A DNA stretch of 50,112 bases from Acidimicrobiia bacterium (GTDB taxonomy: Bacteria; Actinomycetota; Acidimicrobiia; Spongiisociales; UBA5794). Both the position numbers and the translations under genes were made by a program. Location: assembly GCA_036985995.1 (NCBI GenBank), contig BTQS01000001.1:1-50112 (forward strand), written 5' to 3'. Positions 20,023 through 28,295 of the stretch are shown one piece after another. How positions within the stretch are numbered: position 1 is the first letter of the stretch; each line of letters opens with the position of its first letter. The notes under the pieces were generated by a model that saw only the letters and a list, made by a program, of their open reading frames with translations, was not told where the DNA came from and ran no database searches.

Positions 20023-21471
20023 TCAGTTGTCGGCGATGAACACGGTCTTGTACTCGCTGTAGTGATCGAGCGCGACCATGCCCTGTTCTCTGCCGACACC
20101 ACTGCGCTTCACGCCACCGAAGGGAGCTTCGATGTGGGCACTCGAACTCGAGTTGATCGAGATCATTCCGGTATCGAACGCACGCGCTACCCGCAAAGCC
20201 CGACCAATGTCGCGCGTCCAGATCGAGCCGGACAAGCCATAGTCGGAGTCGTTGGCGATCGAGATCGCGTCGTCTTCGCCCGAGAACGGCATGATCGCTA
20301 CGACGGGGCCGAAGACTTCTTCACGCATGATGGACATGGTGGGTGTCACGTTGACGTATACCGCAGGCGTCAGGAAGTTCCCACTGCTGAGGCCACCGTC
20401 GAGCCGTTCCCCTCCGCAGACCTTCACCGCCCCCTCATCCTCGGCACGCTGCAGGTGATCTTCGACCGACGAGCGATGCGATGGCGTGATCAGAGGTCCC
20501 ATATCGGTGGACTCGTCCGAGGGGTCCCCAACGGCGAGCTGTTTCGTCCGATCCGTGAACGCTTCCACGAATTCGTCGAACACGGACTGCTGTACGAGCA
20601 GACGGCTGCGGGCACAACAGTCCTGGCCGGCATTGTCGAAGACGGCCCAGATCGAGGACTCGACCGCCTCCGCCATGTTCGCATCCGCAAAGATGATCGA
20701 CGCAGACTTGCCACCGAGTTCAAGCGAGACGCGCTTGATGTCGTCGGCAGCGTCCCTCATGACACCGACGCCTACCTCGGTTGACCCGGTGAATGAGATC
20801 TTTCGAACATCGGGATGCCGGACGAGAGCAGACCCCACAGATGACCCAGGACCCGGCACGACGTTGAACACACCGCGCGGCAGTCCTGCCTCGAGCGCTA
20901 GGTCTCCGAGCATCAGAGCGGTGAGGGGCGTCACGCCTGCAGGCTTCGCGACAACTGTGTTCCCAAGAGTGAGTGCAGGCGCCACCTTCCACGCGAGGAT
21001 GAGCAACGGGAAATTCCAGGGAACGATCACTCCGACAACCCCGAGCGGCTCGCGGAATGTCAGCAATGTCCCGTTGGCTTTCCCAGGGATCGTTTGGCCG
21101 TGGAACTTGTCAACAGCTCCGGCGTAGAAACGGAACGTGGCCGCGGCGGCATCGATCTCACCGAGAGCAGCGTTGATGGGCTTGCCCGCGTTCGCGGACT
21201 CTGCGGCAGCGAAGGCTTCGCGGCTCCCCGTTATCCCGTCGGAGATCCGACTCAGGATCTCACCACGTTGCGCCGGCGCCATCGTTCTCCATGGTGCGGT
21301 GACAAATCGTTCGCTCGCGACGCGCACCGCCCGGTCGACATCGCTACGGCCGCCGAGCGCAACCGACGTGATCGGTGAACCTGTCGAGGGGTCGAAGACA
21401 TCTTCGGTTGCACCCTCCGTGCTCGCCACTCGCTCGCCATCGATGAGCAGGCCTTCGAATCCGTTCGTCAT
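20023..21471 (-). CDS. NAD(P)-dependent aldehyde dehydrogenase
   Basis: 482 aa. Motifs: FTGSTEVG, LELGGKSA and a catalytic Cys region NAGQDCCARSRL. The start lies 4 nt after the SDR stop. Confidence 0.92.
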   Translation of the reverse strand: MTNGFEGLLIDGERVASTEGATEDVFDPSTGSPITSVALGGRSDVDRAVRVASERFVTAPWRTMAPAQRGEILSRISDGITGSREAFAAAESANAGKPINAALGEIDAAAATFRFYAGAVDKFHGQTIPGKANGTLLTFREPLGVVGVIVPWNFPLLILAWKVAPALTLGNTVVAKPAGVTPLTALMLGDLALEAGLPRGVFNVVPGPGSSVGSALVRHPDVRKISFTGSTEVGVGVMRDAADDIKRVSLELGGKSASIIFADANMAEAVESSIWAVFDNAGQDCCARSRLLVQQSVFDEFVEAFTDRTKQLAVGDPSDESTDMGPLITPSHRSSVEDHLQRAEDEGAVKVCGGERLDGGLSSGNFLTPAVYVNVTPTMSIMREEVFGPVVAIMPFSGEDDAISIANDSDYGLSGSIWTRDIGRALRVARAFDTGMISINSSSSAHIEAPFGGVKRSGVGREQGMVALDHYSEYKTVFIADN

Positions 21472-21475
21472 GCGC

Positions 21476-22264
21476 TCACTCCGGGGTCACGTACGCGGCG
21501 GTGATGCCACCGTCGACGAGGAACTCGCTGCCTGTGATGTACGAGGCGTCATCTGAAGCCAGGAACAGCGCGGATTTCGCCATCTCTTCGGCAAGCCCGA
21601 ACCGCCCCATGGGGACGTGTACCAGCCGACGTTGCTTCTTCTCCTCGGTGTCGAGGAACTTCATGAGGAGCTCGGTACGCAATGGACCGGGGCATAGAGC
21701 GTTCACCCTGATCCCCTCTCGCGCATGTACGACGGCGAGTTCTCTGGTCAAAGCGAGTACCGCCCCCTTGGAAGCCGTGTAAGCGACCTGGGGTGTCGCC
21801 GCGCCGAGATGCGCCACGAAGGAGGCAGTGTTGATGATCGAACCTCCGCCCGACCTCCTCATGGCCGGAATGCCGTACTTGCAGCCCAGGAACACGCCCT
21901 TAGCGTTGACGTTCATCGTCAGATCCCAGATGACCTCCGATGTACTTTGAGCATTCCCATCGTCGCTGTGCATGATCCCTGCGTTGTTGAACATCACGTG
22001 AAGCCCACCGAAGGCATCCTCGGTCGCCTGCACCATGGCAGCCGAGTCGTCGGCAGACGAGACGTCGGCGTGGACCGCGATCGCTTTGCCGCCGGCCCGA
22101 GTGATTTCGTCCACCGTCGCTGCTGCAGATGTTTCGTCGAGGTCAACACACACGACCCTGGCACCCTCGGAAGCGAAGAGAACGGACGACTCGCGACCGA
22201 TGCCACTTCCGGCTCCTGTGATCAGCGCGACCTTTTCTGCTAGACGGCCCATACTCTCATCCAT
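21476..22264 (-). CDS. Short-chain dehydrogenase/reductase (SDR)
   Basis: ORF track 21476..22315. Motifs: TGAGSGIGR, NNAG and YTASKGAV. The start is ATG 22264 or 22252, both downstream of the GS-like stop at 22282. Confidence 0.88.
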   Translation of the reverse strand: MDESMGRLAEKVALITGAGSGIGRESSVLFASEGARVVCVDLDETSAAATVDEITRAGGKAIAVHADVSSADDSAAMVQATEDAFGGLHVMFNNAGIMHSDDGNAQSTSEVIWDLTMNVNAKGVFLGCKYGIPAMRRSGGGSIINTASFVAHLGAATPQVAYTASKGAVLALTRELAVVHAREGIRVNALCPGPLRTELLMKFLDTEEKKQRRLVHVPMGRFGLAEEMAKSALFLASDDASYITGSEFLVDGGITAAYVTPE

Positions 22265-22281
22265 CTCATATAGGGAGATCG

Positions 22282-23661
22282 CTAGATGCGATCGAAGTAC
22301 CTGACACGTTCCCAATCGGTAACGGCAGCATCATATGCAGCGGCTTCAACCGAATAGAAGTGCGCGTAGTGATCTTGGACATCGGCTGTGAACGCAGTCC
22401 GTGCGAACCCACTTTCGGCGAACAGCCCGATGGCGGCGGACAACGTTGCAGGAACCCGGGGAAGATCCTGTGCAGCGTAGACATCTCCCGAGAACATCTC
22501 GGGCGGATCGACCTTGTTCTCGATCCCGTAGGTTCCCGCGGCCAGGGCTGCGGCGTACGCAAGGTACGGATTGACGTCTGCACCGGGGATCCTGCATTCG
22601 ATGCGCAGACTCGGGCCGGAACCGACTATCCGGAACCCTGCGGTCCTGTTGTCGTAGCTCCACGCGATGTTCGTTGGCGCCCAGGATGCCTCCTGGAATC
22701 GCTTGTATGAGTTGACCGTTGGTGCGAAGAACGGCATCAGGTCCCCGACGGTGCCCATCCACCCGCCAAGAAAATGACTAAAGGTGTCGGAACACCGGAT
22801 GGGCCCAATCTGGGTATCCCCAGTGAACGCGTTCTCTTCACCGCTCCACAGGCTCAAGTGGATGTGACAACTCGACCCAGCCTGGTCGGTCTCGGGTTTT
22901 GCCATGAACGTGGCGCTGATGCCGAGCTGATCGGCCGTGTCTTTCATGAGTAACTTCATGATCGTGTGACGATCTGCCATCTCGAGCACATCGGCGTATC
23001 GGATGTTCATCTCATGCTGCCCGCGCCCCGTCTCGCCTTTGGAGTTCTCGACGGGAATGCCCGATGCCGCAAGGTTGCGCCGAACGGCGCCGTTGTAGAA
23101 CTCCTCACGCGCTCCCTGCATGAGGTGATAGTCCTCGCTGTACCAGCCGACCGATGTCAGATTCTGAAAACCGTTGTCGGCTGCTTCCCTGTACGACTCT
23201 TCGTACAGGTAGTACTCGAGCTCTGAGGCGGCCTTTGCAGTGAAGCCGAGGGCGTCGAGCTTGTCGATCTGGCGACGAAGGATCGACCTCGGCGCGACCG
23301 GAACCAGCTCGTGGGTCGCATCATCGATCAGATCACACAGAACAATGGCCGACGAGGGTAACCAGCCTGCGACCCGCATCGTGGAGAGATCGGGCACCAT
23401 ATGGAAATCGCCGTAGCCGAGCTCCCAGTTGGCGTATCGGTAACCGGCAACCGGAACCATATCCATGTCGACCGTGAGCAGGTAGTCGCACCCATGCGTC
23501 CCTGCCCCGGCGACATCGTCCAGGAAGAAGGTGGCATCGAATCGCTTCCCATGGACCCTGCCGTAATGGTCGGTGAAGGCGACGATCACGGTGTCGATGG
23601 CATCCGCGTCGACCCGAGCAGCCAGCTCCTCGATGTCCAACTTCCCGCGCACTTGTGCCAT
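22282..23661 (-). CDS. Glutamine synthetase family protein (GlnA-like; candidate gamma-glutamyl-amine synthetase)
   Basis: ORF track 22282..23715. GS catalytic-domain stretches: KPETDQAGSSCHIHLSLW, NSYKRF and WSYDNRTAGFRI. I prefer ATG 23661 (MAQVRGKLD) with GAGGACGGGAG upstream. Confidence 0.85.
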   Translation of the reverse strand: MAQVRGKLDIEELAARVDADAIDTVIVAFTDHYGRVHGKRFDATFFLDDVAGAGTHGCDYLLTVDMDMVPVAGYRYANWELGYGDFHMVPDLSTMRVAGWLPSSAIVLCDLIDDATHELVPVAPRSILRRQIDKLDALGFTAKAASELEYYLYEESYREAADNGFQNLTSVGWYSEDYHLMQGAREEFYNGAVRRNLAASGIPVENSKGETGRGQHEMNIRYADVLEMADRHTIMKLLMKDTADQLGISATFMAKPETDQAGSSCHIHLSLWSGEENAFTGDTQIGPIRCSDTFSHFLGGWMGTVGDLMPFFAPTVNSYKRFQEASWAPTNIAWSYDNRTAGFRIVGSGPSLRIECRIPGADVNPYLAYAAALAAGTYGIENKVDPPEMFSGDVYAAQDLPRVPATLSAAIGLFAESGFARTAFTADVQDHYAHFYSVEAAAYDAAVTDWERVRYFDRI

Positions 23662-23711
23662 CGGTGTACTCCCGTCCTCATGCATTTCAGCCGCACGCGA
23701 CACTAGCAATT

Positions 23712-23734
23712 TCACAGCTCACAGCTCACAGCTC
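23712..23734. repeat. Tandem heptamer (TCACAGC x3.3) upstream of the GS-like operon
   Basis: TCACAGC occurs at 23712, 23719 and 23726 and is followed by TC. The repeat lies 51-73 nt upstream of the preferred GS-like start. Confidence 0.6.
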
Positions 23735-23802
23735 TCCTGGCTGTTCGCTGTCGGTTGTCGGCCGTAGCGAGCCGCCAGGCGAGCGTGCCGTCAGCCTGTC
23801 GG

Positions 23803-24342
23803 CTATTGGCTGTCTTCGAGCCATTCGGCGAGAAATCCGGCAAGGCTCTCGGCGTCGTCCAGCGCGAACTGTGGAACATCGGTGTCCCAGCGTGCATCAG
23901 TGACAAGCGCGAGTAGCTCGTCGAATCGACACAGCAGCTCGGTGCTTCGTCGGGCCCTATGCACTTCGATCTTCGGAAAGTCGCCACGTTTGTACCCCTC
24001 GATCAGTACGAGGTCGTAGCCAGCGCAATGTTGCTCGATGACGGTGTCGAGATCCTGAGATCCCGCTTCCCTGCTAAACGTCGCCACCTGTACCGGACTA
24101 ACGCCAACGACGAGATCCGCACCTGCTTCCGCCAGCCGAAAGGTGTCCTTCCCAGGGGTGTCGAATGAGCTCGTGTAGTGGTGATGCTTGACCACCGCGA
24201 CGCGTAGACCTGTGGGCTTGAGTGCGGGCAGCAATGCCTCGAGCAGCGTCGTCTTGCCCGTGCTCGATCTCGCAACGATCGACACAACCGGCGGCATCTC
24301 GTGGTTCGGCGTTGTCATCGAGGGAAGCCTATCGCCAATCAA
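23803..24342 (-). CDS. mobB: Molybdopterin-guanine dinucleotide biosynthesis adaptor protein MobB
   Basis: 179 aa. P-loop ARSSTGKTT, VKHHHY and LIEGYK are typical MobB. An alternative start is ATG 24318. Confidence 0.82.
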   Translation of the reverse strand: MIGDRLPSMTTPNHEMPPVVSIVARSSTGKTTLLEALLPALKPTGLRVAVVKHHHYTSSFDTPGKDTFRLAEAGADLVVGVSPVQVATFSREAGSQDLDTVIEQHCAGYDLVLIEGYKRGDFPKIEVHRARRSTELLCRFDELLALVTDARWDTDVPQFALDDAESLAGFLAEWLEDSQ

Positions 24343-24345
24343 GCA

Positions 24346-24475
24346 GTCCCCCCTTCAGGGGGGACAAGCGAGCTTGCGAGCGAAGGGGGTCTGCGAGCCT
24401 GCGAGCCAGGAGTAAGGTGGATCCCCCTGCATCGTCGCCGGCGCTCCTCTGCCGTCCCCCTTAAAAGGGGGACAG
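24346..24475. repeat. Composite double-hairpin intergenic repeat, locus 3 (single complete ~130-nt unit)
   Basis: H1 is GTCCCCCC-TTCA-GGGGGGAC at 24346..24365. Four GCGAGC copies follow at 24366..24407, then GATCCCCCTGCATCG at 24420..24434. H2 is GTCCCCC-TTAAAA-GGGGGAC at 24454..24473. Parts match loci 1 and 2. Confidence 0.85.
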
Positions 24476-24488
24476 TCCTCTTCGAGGC

Positions 24489-25088
24489 CTAGAACTGCGG
24501 GTTGCCGACCCCACCATTGCAGCGACCACCGCGCTCGGGCGAGTTTGCACCGCCGGTGAACTCGTTCACGAATTGCCCCAGCCGACTATCGCCCGCATCA
24601 TCGAGCTCCAGTTGCCTCGCCCACGCCGAAACGATGATCGGAGCGTTTTGTCCCGGTACCGGTGACACCAGTACCTTTTCGCTTCGACCGACAAAGCTAC
24701 GGAAAGACTGGATGTCGTCATCCGACAGGCTCGGATCGTATGAGATCCATACGGCGCCGTGTTCGAGCGAGTGCATCGCGTTCTCCGTGCGGATCCCCTC
24801 TCCGTAGAACCCGCAGTTCTGCCAGATCTGATCCATGGCGCCACCCGCTGGAACCTCGCCGGCTGCGTAGATATTGCCGTTGACGTGCTCTGCCGTGTTC
24901 ACTGCAACCGTCTGTGTGCCGTCCGGAACCCCTCGGAGTTCGGGCTGGCTGAACATGACGATCGCTACCAACCCGCCGACGACAAGAATTCCGGCGGCCC
25001 AGGCGAGACGCTTCGGCCACTCCGATTCGCCGGGCATCGATTGCGTGACCGGCGTCTTCTGTACTTTTCGTTTGTTGCTCATGTCCAA
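24489..25088 (-). CDS. DUF3105 domain membrane-anchored protein
   Basis: 199 aa with an N-terminal TM (LAWAAGILVVGGLVAIVMF). HSLEHGAVWISYDP...VLVSPVPGQNAPIIVSAWARQLEL fits my recollection of DUF3105. Confidence 0.6.
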   Translation of the reverse strand: MDMSNKRKVQKTPVTQSMPGESEWPKRLAWAAGILVVGGLVAIVMFSQPELRGVPDGTQTVAVNTAEHVNGNIYAAGEVPAGGAMDQIWQNCGFYGEGIRTENAMHSLEHGAVWISYDPSLSDDDIQSFRSFVGRSEKVLVSPVPGQNAPIIVSAWARQLELDDAGDSRLGQFVNEFTGGANSPERGGRCNGGVGNPQF

Positions 25089-25202
25089 TCCTCATCGGGC
25101 GTAGGGGCAAACTTAGACCAGCTTCTCGTTAACAGACAGCGCCAAGAATCTCGATACGACGAAACATCGCTCACTGTGTCGGAGTCCCGTCAGAGTCTCG
25201 TG

Positions 25203-25481
25203 TCAGCGGCGGAGTTCATCCGATCTGCGACGGTACTCCTCTTCGTCGATCTCGCCACGTGCGAACCGATCGGCCAGGATCCTCTGCGCTGAGGATATCG
25301 GATCATCGTTCCGTGATGACGAGCCGGAGGTTGCTTGGACCACAGCCCAAACCACAAGTCCGATGACGACGAGCATCACGAGCCATCCAATTCCCATCAT
25401 GCCCCAGCCGAATCCATCCATATGGTCGAAGCCGGCAGCGTCGGCGACTATCGCCGCTGCGGTGGTTATCGCACCGATCAC
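25203..25481 (-). CDS. SHOCT-domain small membrane protein
   Basis: 92 aa with a Gly/Trp-rich TM (GWGMMGIGWLVMLVVIGLVVWAVV) and a C-terminal SHOCT motif (ILADRFARGEIDEEEYRRRSDEL). Confidence 0.7.
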   Translation of the reverse strand: MIGAITTAAAIVADAAGFDHMDGFGWGMMGIGWLVMLVVIGLVVWAVVQATSGSSSRNDDPISSAQRILADRFARGEIDEEEYRRRSDELRR

Positions 25482-25506
25482 ATCAGATCCCTTCGATTAA
25501 AGAATG

Positions 25507-26085
25507 TCAAGCACTGTAGGCGACGTCTGTGAACATACCCGCCTCATAGTGTCCGGGGACCAGACACACAGCCAGCGCGTAGTCCGCGTCGTTCGCAGGG
25601 AACGTGAAGACGATCGTACCGCTCTTGCCTGGTTCGAGGAGAAGAATCGCGTCTTCTGCCTCCACCTCTTCACCGGGTGCGGGAGCGCCATGGCCCTGAC
25701 CGTGGCCTGCCATGAGGTGTTCGTCGACTCGGTCCTGGTTGGTGAGCCGGAACTCGTGGGGAGCGACGCCGGTGTTGACGACCTGGAACTCGATCGTCTC
25801 GCCATGGTCGAACTGCAAGGAGTTGGCCGCGATATCGAACTCGCTTAGCTCGACCTCAACGACACGATCCACGTTTGCGTGCACCATCGCCCCACCGGTA
25901 TTTGCGGCTGACCCTTCTGCAGCTGCGGCCTCCGCGGCACGTACGGCCTCCGCGGCTCCTGAGGCCTGTGCTTCTTCGTAGTGGTCACCCGCGCTCGAAC
26001 CCGAGCACGCGGCTGCCACGAGGAGAATCGTTACCCCGAGGGCAACAAGACCCGTAAACCTTCTCCACATGTTGGACTCCTTCAT
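25507..26085 (-). CDS. Cupredoxin-like copper-binding lipoprotein
   Basis: 192 aa with lipobox LLVAAACSGS. Type-1 copper ligand pattern: H in APHEF, then C-LVPG-H-YEAG-M near the C-terminus. A His/Met-rich loop (HLMAGHGQGHG) is present. Confidence 0.75.
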   Translation of the reverse strand: MKESNMWRRFTGLVALGVTILLVAAACSGSSAGDHYEEAQASGAAEAVRAAEAAAAEGSAANTGGAMVHANVDRVVEVELSEFDIAANSLQFDHGETIEFQVVNTGVAPHEFRLTNQDRVDEHLMAGHGQGHGAPAPGEEVEAEDAILLLEPGKSGTIVFTFPANDADYALAVCLVPGHYEAGMFTDVAYSA

Positions 26086-26157
26086 CGATGTAGCACGTGG
26101 TATGTCGGAATTGTCTCGTGGAATTGGTTAGTTCCACAGTCAACCATTCGGCTGTCA

Positions 26158-26181
26158 CCCCTCATCCATATGGTGGAGGGG
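26158..26181 (-). terminator. GC-rich near-palindrome directly after the response-regulator stop (terminator or operator candidate)
   Basis: CCCCTCATCCATATGGTGGAGGGG has outer arms CCCCTC/GAGGGG and a self-complementary core CCATATGG, with two mismatched positions. It lies 15 nt downstream of the RR stop and about 73 nt upstream of the cupredoxin start. No U-tract follows. Confidence 0.35.
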
Positions 26182-26195
26182 AGCGATCGGCTCCG

Positions 26196-26819
26196 CTATT
26201 CGATGACGCCCAGCCGAAGCCCAACGGCCACCGCTTCGGCACGCGACGACACTTCCAGCCGCTCGAAGACACCACGGATGTATGTCTTGACCGTTGCCTC
26301 GGACAGCTCGAGTTCCCTGGCGATCTGTTTGTTCTCAGAGCCGTTGGCGATGAGCTGGAGCACCTGCTGCTCCCTCGGGCTCAACCGCCCCGTATGGCCG
26401 GGCGCACCCGCTACTTCTGCCAGCAATGGCTCCATCAAACTGCCGTGGATATATGTCTCACCTTCGACGGCAGCGCTGATGGCAGCAAGAACCTCGTCCC
26501 GACCAACGCTCTTGAGGAGATACCCAGACGCGCCGAGCTCTAGTGCACGACGGACATATCCCGGCTGGTCATGCATCGACATCATCAGAACCTTGATCTG
26601 AGGGAAATCCTTGGAGATACGTTCGAGCGCGTCCAGCCCCGTTATTCCTTCCATGCGGATGTCGAGCAACATGACGTCGATGGGAACCGTGTCGATGATC
26701 TCGAACATGGCCTCCGCGGAAGCTGCTTCACCGACGATCTCGATGTCTGGTGCGTCCGAGAGCATGTAGCGGATGCCGTCACGCACGACCTTGTGGTCGT
26801 CAACAATGAGAATCTTCAT
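26196..26819 (-). CDS. NarL/FixJ (LuxR-type) response regulator
   Basis: 207 aa with a receiver domain (ILIVDDH...LLDIRM) and a LuxR HTH (LSPREQQVLQLIANGSENKQIARELELSEATVKTYIRGVFERL). Its start overlaps the kinase stop (ATGA). Confidence 0.93.
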   Translation of the reverse strand: MKILIVDDHKVVRDGIRYMLSDAPDIEIVGEAASAEAMFEIIDTVPIDVMLLDIRMEGITGLDALERISKDFPQIKVLMMSMHDQPGYVRRALELGASGYLLKSVGRDEVLAAISAAVEGETYIHGSLMEPLLAEVAGAPGHTGRLSPREQQVLQLIANGSENKQIARELELSEATVKTYIRGVFERLEVSSRAEAVAVGLRLGVIE

Positions 26820-28153
26820 CCGGAATGTTCTTCCACTCGTGGGAGCCAGGCACGGAATCGCGTACCTCCTGGTCTGACGCGTTCAACAGCTACGTCGCCA
26901 TCGAGTGCCATGAAGCGCTCCTTTGTCGTACTCAGGCCGAGTCCTGGTTCGACGGTGGCTGTGGTGCCGGCACCATCGTCTACGACGTCGAGAACCAATC
27001 GGTTCCCTTCACCATAGAGATTGACGGTCACCCGCTGCGCGTCAGCGTGTTTCCGTACGTTCGTGATCGCCTCTCGGGCTGCCCGGTAGATCTCAGTGCG
27101 GCACACGGCAGACGGCTCGTAGCCGAGATCGATCGTCAGATCGACGTCGAGATCGGTCTCGGTTCGCGTGATGTCGGCGAGCTCCTCGAGCGCTGTTGCG
27201 ATACCCGCATCTGCTGCGAGCTCGAAGTGCAGCAGCCGAAGTTCCTTTCTGAGCGTCGCGTCCATATCTCGCACCACATCCGCGAGACGCCCGAGTTCAA
27301 CCGCTACGGGATCGGAGGCCCCGAGCTTGGCCTTTGAACCTTCGAGTCCATAGAGCAATCGGTACATCGGCTGTCCGATGTCATCGTGAAGAGCGCTGAC
27401 CACGCGTCGGCGCTCTTCTTCCTGCGCCGCGAAGGACGACTGCAATAGTTCCTCTGCCTGCTTTCTTCTCCGGTTCAGCTCACGGCCGCGAGCGGCAACA
27501 CCGAACGCCATCACGATGCCGATCGCAGCGAGGCCAACGCCGATGGACAGCCATACGTTGCGAGCGATCTGTGAGAGAGCATCGTTGAAGCCGCTGGCGT
27601 TCTGCTCGACCTCGACAATGGACATGACTGTGCCATCGAGCTCGATCATCGGGACGTAGAACTCGATGAGCTCACCGTGGCCCCGATCGAACGCGTGGGC
27701 CGGATCCGACAGATCTGAGACGTGCGTTTCGCTCCCTCCTTCGAAAGCGACAGCCGCATGTGCAGGAAGGTCGAATCGCCGGCCGACGAGCTCACTCGCG
27801 TCGGAATACACGATGGTGCCGTCCGGAGCCCACACCTTGACTCGGACGGTTTCTCCCCCCAAGACATTCACCCGGACGGCAACATCGAATATTGCGTATT
27901 CAGCCCGGGATGGGTTCCCATCAGTAGGGAATGGGGGGAGATCGTCGACGATGGCCGAAACCATTGCCGCTCGGGCGTCGAGCAGATGGCTTCGTGCCGA
28001 GCGCGTAATCGAGAATCCGAGAACGACGGTCATGACAAGAGCTAACAGGATTCCGACTACAGCGAGTCTGCCAAGACCGCCGATCTCTATCCAATCCGAA
28101 CGAAGATTGGCGATCGACCGTCGCACCCGCTCTAGGAGGGTTTGGGTTGCCAC
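26816..28153 (-). CDS. Sensor histidine kinase (HisKA_3/NarX-type) with about 150-aa extracytoplasmic domain
   Basis: 445 aa with a GTG start. Two TM segments flank a periplasmic-type region. H-box: VVSALHDDIGQP. ATPase motifs: NVRKHA, DDGAG and GLGLSTTKER. Confidence 0.9.
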   Translation of the reverse strand: MATQTLLERVRRSIANLRSDWIEIGGLGRLAVVGILLALVMTVVLGFSITRSARSHLLDARAAMVSAIVDDLPPFPTDGNPSRAEYAIFDVAVRVNVLGGETVRVKVWAPDGTIVYSDASELVGRRFDLPAHAAVAFEGGSETHVSDLSDPAHAFDRGHGELIEFYVPMIELDGTVMSIVEVEQNASGFNDALSQIARNVWLSIGVGLAAIGIVMAFGVAARGRELNRRRKQAEELLQSSFAAQEEERRRVVSALHDDIGQPMYRLLYGLEGSKAKLGASDPVAVELGRLADVVRDMDATLRKELRLLHFELAADAGIATALEELADITRTETDLDVDLTIDLGYEPSAVCRTEIYRAAREAITNVRKHADAQRVTVNLYGEGNRLVLDVVDDGAGTTATVEPGLGLSTTKERFMALDGDVAVERVRPGGTRFRAWLPRVEEHSG

Positions 28154-28295
28154 GAGGCGAATCTACCGCAGATCCACTCCCAGCGTATCGAGCAGCGACA
28201 GGGTATCCAGCGAAAAACCAGGCGGCTCACTCGAGCCGACTGGGTGTCGGGAATGCTCACGGCTTGACTGAGGCCGACAAGTCGAAGAGGGCCCT

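Noticed and set aside
28154-28295. Possible cobalamin riboswitch upstream of the FecCD/BtuF-type transporter locus (GGTGTCGGGAA resembles the 5' part of the motif)
   Set aside because: No B12-box-like sequence is present, the downstream conserved segments are missing, and 142 nt is too short for the full element.
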